Shown here piece after piece: positions 16,692 through 25,612 of a DNA stretch of 32,000 bases. Where the stretch lies: contig NZ_SNUY01000002.1 in NCBI RefSeq assembly GCF_004376175.1, positions 43,051-75,050 of the forward strand, written 5' to 3'. The stretch comes from Halalkalibacterium halodurans (GTDB lineage: Bacteria; Bacillota; Bacilli; Bacillales; Bacillaceae_D). The translations under genes and the position numbers were made by a program. The notes under the pieces were generated by a model. It saw only the letters and a program-made list of their open reading frames with translations, searched no databases and was not told the DNA's origin. Numbering within the stretch: the stretch's first letter is position 1; every line of letters begins with the position of its first letter.

Positions 16692-17792
16692 ATGGAATTG
16701 GTGGTGCAAAATCGAGAGGAGAGTGGCTACCCCCTTTCCTTTACAAGGGTAGATGCTCAGGAGGGTACTATCCCCCTAATCTGGACACCGTTAATGAATC
16801 AAGAGGACGGATTCCGTTCGTATCCGGGAGATTACGGAAAACAAAGACGCCCATCGCTCGTCATTCCGGTGAAAAACGGAAACTATCATGTGAAGGTAGC
16901 GCTAGGTGATAAGGAACGGGAAGGGCGCACGTCGATTAAAGCTGGTGCAGGCTCCATTATGCTTCAGCAAATTCGAACAAAGGCAGGGGAGATCACCGAG
17001 CGTGAGTTTATTGTCCGTGTTGAACAACAAGAGTTAAGACTTGCTTTCCTTGGAGATGTTCCGCAAGTTCAGTCGTTACAAATTAAACCCATTCACTGCC
17101 CAACGATTTTTCTTGCTGGGGATTCCACCGTTTGTGATCAATGTTCTGGTCATTATCCGTATACGGGCTGGGGGCAGGCGTTACCGTTGTTTTTAACAGC
17201 AGGTGCCGTTTCCAATCATGCGAAGTCGGGTCGAAGTTCGAAAAGTTTTATCCAAGAAGGGCGATTAGAACGTCTAGAATCATTGCTAGGAAAAGGTGAT
17301 TTATTATTGATTCAATTCGGTCACAACGATCAAAAGAATGATGAGCGAGGTACAGCTCCCTTTGCCGATTATTTGACCTATTTAGCAGAATATGTTGCGA
17401 CGGCAAACAACAAAGGAGCGACTCCCGTTCTCATGACTCCTGTGCATCGAAGAGCATTTACTGAAAGCAGATGGCTCGAAGATACCCATGGTGATTACGT
17501 ACGAGCGGTAGTGGGCCTTAGCCAAATGCTAGGGGTAGCGTGTATCGATTTAGCTGAGAAAAGTAAACAGTTGTTCGAGGCATTAGGTCCTGAGGGAACA
17601 AAGCCTTTGTTTATGTGGACAGATCCAAATGAATATCCGCAATATCCTGAAGGAACGGAAGATAATACTCATTTTCATGTCAAAGGAGCCATCGAAATCG
17701 CCCGGCTTGTCTATGAAGGGATAACCGAGCAAGAAGGTTTACGTCAAACGTTTGGACAAGCGAATAAAACATTGAAGGAGGAACAGCGATGA
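16692..17792 (+). CDS. Rhamnogalacturonan acetylesterase-like SGNH hydrolase (CE12, RhgT/YesT/YesY-like) with an extra ~135-aa N-terminal module
   Basis: Start at ATG 16692 (AAAGGAG SD). SGNH blocks are present: IFLAGDSTVCDQ (block I), GWGQ, SGRSSKSF, LLIQFGHNDQ (block III) and DNTHFH (block V). No signal peptide at either candidate start. The stop overlaps the next gene's ATG (ATGA at 17789-17792). Confidence 0.8.
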   Translation: MELVVQNREESGYPLSFTRVDAQEGTIPLIWTPLMNQEDGFRSYPGDYGKQRRPSLVIPVKNGNYHVKVALGDKEREGRTSIKAGAGSIMLQQIRTKAGEITEREFIVRVEQQELRLAFLGDVPQVQSLQIKPIHCPTIFLAGDSTVCDQCSGHYPYTGWGQALPLFLTAGAVSNHAKSGRSSKSFIQEGRLERLESLLGKGDLLLIQFGHNDQKNDERGTAPFADYLTYLAEYVATANNKGATPVLMTPVHRRAFTESRWLEDTHGDYVRAVVGLSQMLGVACIDLAEKSKQLFEALGPEGTKPLFMWTDPNEYPQYPEGTEDNTHFHVKGAIEIARLVYEGITEQEGLRQTFGQANKTLKEEQR

Positions 17793-20700
17793 ATCGTTTC
17801 CTTTCCGCCTGTCTTGTATGTCTTATCACGTTTTCATCTCTATTGACGGCTACAGCAATCGGAGCCGAACCGAGAAAGGAACAAGGACAACAGCGTCATG
17901 CGTATGATTTTGGTTCAGAGACAAGTCCTGTGGAAGAAGGATTTACAAAGGTGTCTCATACGATGATTTATGACAGCGAGAGAGGATTTGGATTAAATAA
18001 GCAAGTGAACGAACGGGATCGCGGGGCCCCTGACGCCCTCAGGAGAGATTTTGTGCTCGATTCGAATTTTCAATTTATAGTCGATGTAGAGCCGGGACAC
18101 TATTATGTGCGGGTAATTGCGGGTGATCAAATTGCCTTTAACCGTACAGGTATTGCGATGAACGGTGTGAGCAAAGGTTCGATTACGTCAACGGCTGGAC
18201 ATTTTGCCTCCTATACGGAAGTAATTGAAATTACGGATGATCAGCTCGTCATTCATTTTACCGAGAACGGGAGGGTGAACGGGCTCGAGTTAATTCCAGT
18301 TATGGCCCCTGAGGAACTAGACGTAACCGAGATACAGCTTGGTGACCCTACGTATGTCGAGCTAAGCTGGAAAGAAGTAGAGCATGCGAATCATTATCAT
18401 GTGTACCGAAAAGAGGACGGAGACGAGGAATATACGAAAATTGCCGAAGAACAGCAAACGGTCTATCGTGATATGGAAGCGATACTTGGAGCCACCTATC
18501 AGTATGTTGTAACAGCTGTAGGCCAAGATGAGGTAGAATCGCACAAAAGTGAAGTGTTAACCGTAAAGCTGTTCGATGAGGCGGTCGAAAAACCGAATGC
18601 CCCTGATGAGATGAAAGTTGCGAGTGCTTTATCGAATGGGGTAGCCCTTGAATGGGCACAAACGAACGATGCACTCTTTTATTACGTTTATCGAGCGAAG
18701 CGGGAGGAAGGCCCCTTTACGAAGGTCGCTACGACTACAGAAGCATCTTATACCGATCATGACGTTTTAACGACAGCTTCATTTTATTATAAGATCGAGG
18801 CTGTAAATGAAGGAGGACGTTCAAAGGCAACCGATCCAGTTGCTTCGCCGATTGCCCATGTGATGCTTAGGCAAAAGGAACAGCTAGACAGAGGGCTTGT
18901 CGCCGTAAAACGGGAGGACGGAGTGTTTTTAAGCTGGCGTCTACTCGGGACGGAGCATCCGTTGACTGTCTTTCATGTGTACCGTGATGGAGAAAAAATC
19001 ACGAAAGCCGGACTGCAAGAAGGGACCAATTTTGTCGACGTTGATGGGACGACAGACTCTGTCTATCAAATAAAGGCAGTAGCTGGGAAAGATGAAGATA
19101 TGTCCAATCCTGTATCGGTATGGGGTGATGAATATCTTGCCATCCCTCTTGATAAGCCAGAGGGAGGAGTCACTCCGGATGGTGTTGCCTATGAATATAC
19201 AGCCAATGACGCAAGTGTTGGAGATTTAGATGGGGACGGGCAGTACGAAATTATTTTGAAATGGGACCCAACAAATTCAAAAGATAACTCACGGTCTGGC
19301 TATACGGGGAACGTTTATCTTGATGCGTATAAATTAGATGGAACGAAGCTTTGGCGTCTGGATTTGGGACGAAACATTCGAGCTGGAGCCCATTATACCC
19401 AGTTTCTCGTCTATGATTTTGATGGAAATGGTCGTTCAGAAGTCGTCTTAAAAACAGCAGACGGAACGGTCGATGGAGTTGGCAATGTGATAGGGGATCG
19501 AGACGCCGATTATCGAAATTCATCAGGTTACATTTTAGATGGTCCTGAATATTTGACGATCTTTTCTGGTGAAACAGGCGAGGCGCTAGACACGATTGAC
19601 TATGTTCCGCCACGTGGGAATGTCAGTGATTGGGGCGACAATTATGGTAATCGTGTAGACCGCTTCCTAGCAGGTGTGGCGTATTTAGACGGAGAAAGAC
19701 CAAGCTTTGTCATGGCTAGAGGCTATTATACGCGGACGGTGTTAGCTGCTTATCAATGGGACGATGGGAAAATACAAGAGCAATGGGTGTTTGATAGCAA
19801 TGATCCAGGAAATGAACGCTATGCAGGGCAAGGGAACCATAGTCTAGCAGTCGCGGATGTAGACGGTGATGGCAAGGATGAGATTATCTATGGTGCTATG
19901 GTGGTGGATCACGATGGCACGGGGCTTTATTCGACTGGCTGGGGCCATGGAGATGCTAACCATGTGAGCAACCTTAATCCGAATCGCAAAGGGCTGGAGA
20001 TTTTTCAACCTCATGAAGACTCGCGCTCTCCTGTAGGCTATGGCATTCGGGATGCAGAGACGGGCGAGCTGCTCTGGGGTGAATTTACAGGGACCGACGT
20101 TGGACGGGCGATGGCAGCCGATATTGATCCACGCTTTGATGGGGCAGAGCTATGGGCATCTGCACAATGGGATGGGCGTGAAGGAAGTGGCCTATTCTCC
20201 GTTGAAGGAGAATCCATTACGAAGAAAACTCCGCAATCGGTTAATTTTGCGATTTGGTGGACGGGTGATTTGCTGCGTGAGCTCCTTGATCATTCCTTTG
20301 ACCCAAGCAAAGATCCCCACGGAGTAGGAAAAATCGAGAAATGGGATTGGGAAAAGGAAGAGCTAGTGGAGATTTTCGTTCCAGAAGGGACAAGGTCAAA
20401 CAACTGGACGAAAGGTAACCCATCCTTACAAGCCGACTTGTTTGGGGATTGGCGGGAGGAAGTTATTTGGCCATCTGCTGATAGTACCGAGCTGCGAATC
20501 TATACGACGACCGAAGAAACAGAGCACCGTATCCCAACACTTATGCATGACTCTGTCTATCGCTTGAGCGTTGCTTGGCAAAATGTCGGATATAATCAGC
20601 CACCGCATACGAGCTACTTCCTCGGCCACGGTATGAAGGAAGCCCCGTTACCAAAAGTGCATGCAGGACAAGTAGTACCAGTTGAGCTGAAAGCAAATCA

Positions 20701-20980
20701 GCAAGGGAAAAAGAAGCTATCGGTTCAAGTGAGATTCGATTCACCAACGACGGGAGAATCTCTCGTATCATCATCTGTCAGATTATTCGTCAATGGGGAA
20801 ACAATTCAAGCGGAGAAAGTAACAGGTAAAGGGATTGTAAGACAAGTAGAGTTTGACTTCGAGTCGATCAAAAAAGCATTACCTGATGAGTTCAGAGGAG
20901 AAGTGGAAGTATCCCTTGTCGGCTATTTTGATCATCAGCACGCCCTCCAAGGAGCGACTACCATTAGCATTAATAACTAA
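17789..20980 (+). CDS. Secreted multi-modular rhamnogalacturonan lyase, PL11 family (YesW/YesX-like)
   Basis: 1063 aa. Domain order: signal peptide MNRFLSACLVCLITFSSLLTATAIGA, an N-terminal beta-sandwich-like module, two FN3-like repeats (..VELSWKEVEHANHYHVYRK.., ..VALEWAQTNDALFYYVYRA..), the PL11 propeller with the same blocks as the 13820 gene, and a ~110-aa C-terminal Ig-like tail. Confidence 0.88.
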   Translation: MNRFLSACLVCLITFSSLLTATAIGAEPRKEQGQQRHAYDFGSETSPVEEGFTKVSHTMIYDSERGFGLNKQVNERDRGAPDALRRDFVLDSNFQFIVDVEPGHYYVRVIAGDQIAFNRTGIAMNGVSKGSITSTAGHFASYTEVIEITDDQLVIHFTENGRVNGLELIPVMAPEELDVTEIQLGDPTYVELSWKEVEHANHYHVYRKEDGDEEYTKIAEEQQTVYRDMEAILGATYQYVVTAVGQDEVESHKSEVLTVKLFDEAVEKPNAPDEMKVASALSNGVALEWAQTNDALFYYVYRAKREEGPFTKVATTTEASYTDHDVLTTASFYYKIEAVNEGGRSKATDPVASPIAHVMLRQKEQLDRGLVAVKREDGVFLSWRLLGTEHPLTVFHVYRDGEKITKAGLQEGTNFVDVDGTTDSVYQIKAVAGKDEDMSNPVSVWGDEYLAIPLDKPEGGVTPDGVAYEYTANDASVGDLDGDGQYEIILKWDPTNSKDNSRSGYTGNVYLDAYKLDGTKLWRLDLGRNIRAGAHYTQFLVYDFDGNGRSEVVLKTADGTVDGVGNVIGDRDADYRNSSGYILDGPEYLTIFSGETGEALDTIDYVPPRGNVSDWGDNYGNRVDRFLAGVAYLDGERPSFVMARGYYTRTVLAAYQWDDGKIQEQWVFDSNDPGNERYAGQGNHSLAVADVDGDGKDEIIYGAMVVDHDGTGLYSTGWGHGDANHVSNLNPNRKGLEIFQPHEDSRSPVGYGIRDAETGELLWGEFTGTDVGRAMAADIDPRFDGAELWASAQWDGREGSGLFSVEGESITKKTPQSVNFAIWWTGDLLRELLDHSFDPSKDPHGVGKIEKWDWEKEELVEIFVPEGTRSNNWTKGNPSLQADLFGDWREEVIWPSADSTELRIYTTTEETEHRIPTLMHDSVYRLSVAWQNVGYNQPPHTSYFLGHGMKEAPLPKVHAGQVVPVELKANQQGKKKLSVQVRFDSPTTGESLVSSSVRLFVNGETIQAEKVTGKGIVRQVEFDFESIKKALPDEFRGEVEVSLVGYFDHQHALQGATTISINN

Positions 20981-21018
20981 AAAAGATGTAGGGAGATTGT
21001 CAAAATCACGAGACGCCT

Positions 21019-21045
21019 TGCTCGCGGCAAGCGAGTGTTTTTTTG
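21019..21045 (+). terminator. Rho-independent terminator after lyase 2
   Basis: GCTCGC-ggcaa-GCGAGT stem (GC-rich, 5-6 bp), followed after one nt by TTTTTTT (21038-21044). Confidence 0.65.
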
Positions 21046-21077
21046 AAACAATCACCCTATAAAATAAACATTTGAAA

Positions 21078-21118
21078 AATAAGGGTGGCATTCAGCGTCG
21101 GTGAGTGCCACCCTTATT
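21078..21118 (-). terminator. Strong 13-bp hairpin whose U-run is on the minus strand (orphan minus-oriented terminator-like element)
   Basis: AATAAGGGTGGCA (21078-21090) pairs perfectly with TGCCACCCTTATT (21106-21118) across a 15-nt loop. On the minus strand the stem is followed by TTTTTC. On the + strand no T-run follows. No minus-strand gene is nearby. Confidence 0.45.
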
Positions 21119-21310
21119 AACGTTGTTTAGCGTCTGTAATGGATTAAAGTATAAGAAAAGTGCTAGATTCGTCATTAAGATTTAAAGGAGGAGCTAGGTT
21201 ATTCAATTGTCAGACCACCATCTTTTTTTGGGAATTGTATGAGACATTATTTCTTTGTTTTCTGTAATTTTTTTAACATTTGTTAGCTACAAGCAGAGCA
21301 GAATCCTTTC

Positions 21311-21335
21311 TATAATAATAATGTAAGCACTTTCA
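21311..21335 (+). promoter_or_regulatory. Candidate -10 (TATAAT) with an adjacent cre-like site upstream of the ABC binding-protein gene
   Basis: TATAAT lies at 21311-21316 with no good -35, which is consistent with an activator-dependent promoter. aaTGTAAGCACTTTCAaa (core 21322-21335) matches the cre consensus at 17 of 18 positions. Confidence 0.5.
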
Positions 21336-21354
21336 AAAAAAGAGGGGGATGAGG

Positions 21355-22659
21355 ATGAAGCTGAAGGCAGGGTTTAGAAGCTGTCTCCTTGGAGTTGCTT
21401 TCCTACTAGTATTAGCTGGATGTAGTAGCGGGACAAGCAACGAAGTCGATGGAGAGCAAGAGGCTGGAAACGAAGACGTCGTCTTACGGGTCGCTTGGTG
21501 GGGAGGTCAAGAGCGTCATGATATGACGATTGAAGCGATTGAACTATTCGAAGAGAAGTACCCTCATATCCAAGTAGATCCGGAGTTTACATCATGGGAT
21601 AACTATTGGGAGCGCCTGACGACTCAAGCGGCGGGGAACAATTTGCCTGACGTTATTCAAATGGATAATTCCAAGCTGAATGAGTACAGTTCACGGGGGC
21701 TTGTCATTGATTTACAATCGTTAATCGCAGATGGGACGATTAATTTAGATGACGTCGATGATGTCTATCAAGATATGAACGTGCAAGATGGGAGCGTGTG
21801 GGCTGTTTCAGCGGGGTCTAATGCATTAGCTGCCATTTATAACGAAGAGATGTTAGAAGAACAAGGCATCCAATTGGAGCCTGGCTATACGTATGAAGAT
21901 TTCTATGAGGCCATGCAAACGCTAAAGGAAAACATTGATGGGGACTTTTATGGTTATGATTTTGGAAATGCTGAATATGAAATGTTTTTCGTATACGCAC
22001 GGCAAAATGGAGAGAGTTTCTATAACGAAGATGGGACAGGACTAGGCTTTGAGAATCAAACACTAATTGATTTTCTCACCTTTGTCAAACAGATGGTCGA
22101 TGATGGTGTCGCTCCCCCTCATGCGTTAACGCTTGAATACATTCAAGGTGGCGAATCGCTATTAGGGGATCAAATGGCTGGGGCTGCTATGGCTGCGAGT
22201 AATGGGATTATCGGTCTGCAGCAAAGCACTGAACATCAATTAGGCCTAATGCTGTTACCTTCTCTCGACGGTGGTGTTCATGGCAACTGGATTCGCCCAA
22301 GCATGTCGTATTCGATTAGCTCTCATAGCGAGCAGCAAGAAGCAGCTGCCTTGTTTATTGACTTTTTAACGAATGATTTGCAAGCCAATGAGATTTTAAA
22401 AGCAGAACGCGGGGTCCCGATTTCCTCTAAAGTACGCGAACATCTTGCACCAATGGTGGATGGGCCAATTGCGAAAACGTTTGAGTTTTTAGAGCTAGTC
22501 GCGAATTACACAAGTCCAGCGGATCCGCTTCCGCCCCCTGGAGAAAGCGAAGTAAGGGGAGCTTTTCTACGGATGATTGAGTCGGTGAAATATGAGCGGC
22601 TTTCAATCGAAGAGGCAACAGAGCAATTTAGACAGGAAGCGGAACAAATTTTACGGTAA
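21355..22659 (+). CDS. ABC transporter extracellular sugar-binding lipoprotein (family 1 SBP, YesO-like)
   Basis: Start at ATG 21355 (AGAGGGGGA SD, 6-nt spacer) gives MKLKAGFRSCLLGVAFLLVLAGCSSG with lipobox LAGC. The ~434-aa size and sequence are typical of CUT1 oligosaccharide-binding proteins. Two permease genes follow. Confidence 0.88.
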   Translation: MKLKAGFRSCLLGVAFLLVLAGCSSGTSNEVDGEQEAGNEDVVLRVAWWGGQERHDMTIEAIELFEEKYPHIQVDPEFTSWDNYWERLTTQAAGNNLPDVIQMDNSKLNEYSSRGLVIDLQSLIADGTINLDDVDDVYQDMNVQDGSVWAVSAGSNALAAIYNEEMLEEQGIQLEPGYTYEDFYEAMQTLKENIDGDFYGYDFGNAEYEMFFVYARQNGESFYNEDGTGLGFENQTLIDFLTFVKQMVDDGVAPPHALTLEYIQGGESLLGDQMAGAAMAASNGIIGLQQSTEHQLGLMLLPSLDGGVHGNWIRPSMSYSISSHSEQQEAAALFIDFLTNDLQANEILKAERGVPISSKVREHLAPMVDGPIAKTFEFLELVANYTSPADPLPPPGESEVRGAFLRMIESVKYERLSIEEATEQFRQEAEQILR

Positions 22660-22666
22660 CGTTTGA

Positions 22667-22696
22667 AAATAGGCCATCTTCGCGTGGCCTATTTTT
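22667..22696 (+). terminator. Intra-operon hairpin/terminator between the binding-protein gene and the permease genes
   Basis: AAATAGGCCA-tcttcgcg-TGGCCTATTT followed by TT. A 10-bp stem, 8 nt after the stop, immediately before the AAGGAGG SD of the next gene. Confidence 0.7.
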
Positions 22697-22711
22697 CCTA
22701 AAGGAGGTTCT

Positions 22712-23668
22712 ATGAGAGACGCGGCGAAGGTAAATAGAGAAGCGATTGAACTTTATGATAGTAAGACAAGGCAAGAGAGGAAAAAATGGAAGGAAAGTTT
22801 CGTCGGTTATGCGATGATCTCCCCTTGGTTGTTAGGGTTTTTTGGGTTAGTAATCGGGCCGATGATCGCCTCGCTTTACTTTTCATTTACAGACTACGAC
22901 ATGCTTTCCAGTGCAAACTGGGTCGGGCTGCAAAACTATATTCACATTTTTACGAGTGATCCGCGGTTTGTTCAATCGTTAAAAGTTACGCTCATTTTCG
23001 TGTTTGTCTCAACACCGCTTAAATTAGCGTTCGCGTTATTTTTAGCGATGCTGTTTAATACCGGGAGGAAGGGTTCCGGACTGTTTTCTACCATTTACTA
23101 TATTCCTTCGATTATCGGTGGTAGTGTAGCTGTGGCCGTTGTTTGGAAACAGCTCTTCGGAAGCAGAGGAGCGGTCAATTCCTTTTTAGAACTCTTCGGC
23201 TTCAGTGGTGTGAATTGGATCGGTAGCACCGATTATGCCTTATCCATTCTTATTTTGCTTGTCGTTTGGCAGTTTGGTTCACCGATGATCATCTTTTTAG
23301 CGGGGCTCAGACAAATTCCACAGGAGCTTTATGAGGCGGCCAGCGTTGATGGTGCCAACAGCTTTAGAAAATTTTTTAGCATAACCCTACCGATGTTAAC
23401 ACCGGTCATCTTCTTTAATCTTATCATGCAGACGATCGGGGGCTTCATGACCTTTACACAGGCCTATTTAATTACAGGCGGTGGACCGCTTGATTCTACT
23501 TTGTTCTATGCCGTCTACTTATATGAAGTAGCGTTTGAATATTTACGCATGGGATACGCTTCAGCGATGGCTTGGATTTTGCTCGTCATCATTGGCGGTA
23601 TTACGCTTGTGTTCTTTAAATCATCAAGTTACTGGGTTCACTATGAATCGGAAGGAGGACGGTCGTGA
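22712..23668 (+). CDS. ABC sugar transporter permease (MalF/YesP-like)
   Basis: 318-aa polytopic membrane protein. The EAA-loop region is ELYEAASVDGANSFRKFFSITLPML. AAGGAGG SD. Confidence 0.9.
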   Translation: MRDAAKVNREAIELYDSKTRQERKKWKESFVGYAMISPWLLGFFGLVIGPMIASLYFSFTDYDMLSSANWVGLQNYIHIFTSDPRFVQSLKVTLIFVFVSTPLKLAFALFLAMLFNTGRKGSGLFSTIYYIPSIIGGSVAVAVVWKQLFGSRGAVNSFLELFGFSGVNWIGSTDYALSILILLVVWQFGSPMIIFLAGLRQIPQELYEAASVDGANSFRKFFSITLPMLTPVIFFNLIMQTIGGFMTFTQAYLITGGGPLDSTLFYAVYLYEVAFEYLRMGYASAMAWILLVIIGGITLVFFKSSSYWVHYESEGGRS

Positions 23669-24510
23669 AAACGAAACGAACATGGTATACAGATGTAATC
23701 TATTACGGATTTGTGATCGCCTTCGGGTTTATCATGGTGTATCCAATCCTTTGGATGGTGGCGAGTTCTTTGAAGCCGGCTTCGGAAATATTTTCACAGG
23801 CTTCCTCCCTCATCCCAAGTGAGTTCGTATGGTCCAATTATCCTGATGGATGGGCGGGGTTTGGCCGTACAGGTTTCGATATTTATTTTAAAAACTCGTT
23901 CATCATTACAACATCGGTGGTCATTGGTGCGATATTGTCATCGAGCATAGTCGCCTACGGGTTTGCTCGGCTACAATTTAAATTTAAAAAAGTACTGTTC
24001 GCCTGCTTGATTGCTACTGTAATGCTTCCAGTGCAAATTACATTAATTCCTCAATACATTTTGTTTCATAATTTAGGCTGGGTGAATACGTTCTATCCAT
24101 TAATTGTTCCAGCATTTTTAGGAGGAACGCCGTTTTTTATCTTTTTACTTATCCAGTTTATTCGCGGGATCCCTCGTGAACTCGATGAGGCAGCAATCAT
24201 TGATGGGTGCTCTACTTTTGGCGTGTTTTGGCGTGTTATTTTACCATTATTAAAACCGGCTCTCGTAACGGTGGCCATCTTTGCTTTTATGTGGACATGG
24301 GATGACTTTCTTGCCCCGCTTATTTATTTAAATAAAACGGACATTCAAACGGTAGCTTTAGGCTTACGTAACTTTATGGATGCCGAATCGGGGACGTCTT
24401 GGGGAGCGCTTTTAGCGATGTCGACGCTCTCATTGCTTCCGCAGTTTATTATTTTTCTATTTTTCCAGCGCTATTTAGTCGAAGGTATTTCGACGACAGG
24501 GTTAAAGTAA
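23665..24510 (+). CDS. ABC sugar transporter permease (MalG/YesQ-like)
   Basis: 281 aa. The GTG start overlaps the upstream stop (GTGA). EAA loop is ELDEAAIIDGCSTFGVFWRVILPLLKPA. Confidence 0.9.
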   Translation: MKTKRTWYTDVIYYGFVIAFGFIMVYPILWMVASSLKPASEIFSQASSLIPSEFVWSNYPDGWAGFGRTGFDIYFKNSFIITTSVVIGAILSSSIVAYGFARLQFKFKKVLFACLIATVMLPVQITLIPQYILFHNLGWVNTFYPLIVPAFLGGTPFFIFLLIQFIRGIPRELDEAAIIDGCSTFGVFWRVILPLLKPALVTVAIFAFMWTWDDFLAPLIYLNKTDIQTVALGLRNFMDAESGTSWGALLAMSTLSLLPQFIIFLFFQRYLVEGISTTGLK

Positions 24511-24535
24511 CGAAACGAGTAGAGGAGGTTGTAAA

Positions 24536-25612
24536 ATGAAACGAGTACAATTTGACCGAGAGGATGTTTTACAGAAAATCGACCGCATCGTGAATCGAAC
24601 CTTTGAGATGGACCACGTGTGGGATTGGCCTGCTGGTGTAGCGTTTTACGGAGTTGGTTTAGCTTACGAAGCAACGAAAAAGGATGCGTACTTGCAACGG
24701 CTTAAAGAATGGTTCGATGAATATATGGATTATGGCATTCCGCCCATGTGTGTGAACATCGTGTCTATGGGACATACACTGCTCACATTGTATCAACATA
24801 CAGGCGAGGAAAAATATTTACAATTAGCGATCGAAAAGGCTGACTATTTGCTCCATGACGCTCCCCGCTTTGCTGAAGGAGTATTCCAGCATACCGTCGG
24901 TGGCGGGGTATCCGTGTTTCCGGAGCAGGCATGGGTTGATACACTTTTTATGGCTGGCTATTTCTTAATTCGAATGGGAGATGCATTGAACAATCAAGCT
25001 TATATGGATGAAGGCATTCGCCAATTCCGCGGGCATGAAAAGTATTTACAAGATTCGGAGACGAACTTTTACTACCATGGCTGGGATCACCTTTCCCAAT
25101 CAAATATGTCCGGCATCTTTTGGGCGCGGGGAAATGCTTGGGCCGCATATACGATGGCCGCGTCACTACGTATGATTGATGTGAAGGAGCCAGCGTTCAT
25201 GGAAATTCACGGATCATTGCGCGATTTAATGAGTGCCCTCTTAAATGTCCAATCAGAGCAAGGATTATGGCATACCATTTTGACAGATCCTAGCTCCTAC
25301 GAAGAAACATCTGGTTCTGCTGGAATTGCCGCTGCCCTCGTATTACAAGGAGCGAACACACCGAAAGGGCACCACGCTGCGCAACGAGCGTTTGACGCAT
25401 TGCTGGAGAAGGTAGATGCAAGGGGAACCGTATTAGGTGTGTCAACAGGCACGGCGGTCATGAACCATGCAGACGGTTATCGGATGACGCCAAATCGACG
25501 AATCGAAGGGTGGGGTCAAGGGTTAGCGTTAACGTTTTTTTCCCACGTACTTATGAGATACACCGAGACGGAGCAAGAGTCGGAGCCACCTGTAGAGAGT
25601 GAGACACGATGA
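24536..25612 (+). CDS. Unsaturated rhamnogalacturonyl hydrolase (GH105, YesR/YteR-like)
   Basis: 358 aa, no signal peptide. Blocks WDWPAGVAFYG, WVDTLFM, YYHGWD and FWARGNAWA resemble YteR/YesR-type GH105 enzymes. GAGGAGG SD. Confidence 0.85.
   Translation: MKRVQFDREDVLQKIDRIVNRTFEMDHVWDWPAGVAFYGVGLAYEATKKDAYLQRLKEWFDEYMDYGIPPMCVNIVSMGHTLLTLYQHTGEEKYLQLAIEKADYLLHDAPRFAEGVFQHTVGGGVSVFPEQAWVDTLFMAGYFLIRMGDALNNQAYMDEGIRQFRGHEKYLQDSETNFYYHGWDHLSQSNMSGIFWARGNAWAAYTMAASLRMIDVKEPAFMEIHGSLRDLMSALLNVQSEQGLWHTILTDPSSYEETSGSAGIAAALVLQGANTPKGHHAAQRAFDALLEKVDARGTVLGVSTGTAVMNHADGYRMTPNRRIEGWGQGLALTFFSHVLMRYTETEQESEPPVESETR

Noticed and set aside
21183-21242. Strong SD-like AAAGGAGGAG (21183-21192) in the lyase 2 / SBP intergenic region as the start of a small gene
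   Set aside because: The nearest start (TTG 21207) is 13 nt away and opens only an 11-codon frame. There is no ATG or GTG at proper spacing.
13693-21277. TTTAAC motif 33-34 nt upstream of the -10 hexamer at both the lyase 1 (13693-13698) and binding-protein (21272-21277) promoters, as a possible YesN-type activator site
   Set aside because: It is only a 6-nt AT-rich match with no shared flanking sequence or evident direct-repeat structure. By eye it cannot be distinguished from chance.
24512-24547. 10-nt direct repeat GAAACGAGTA at 24512-24521 and 24538-24547 around the GH105 start codon
   Set aside because: It is a single short repeat, one copy being coding. No structural or regulatory logic is evident.
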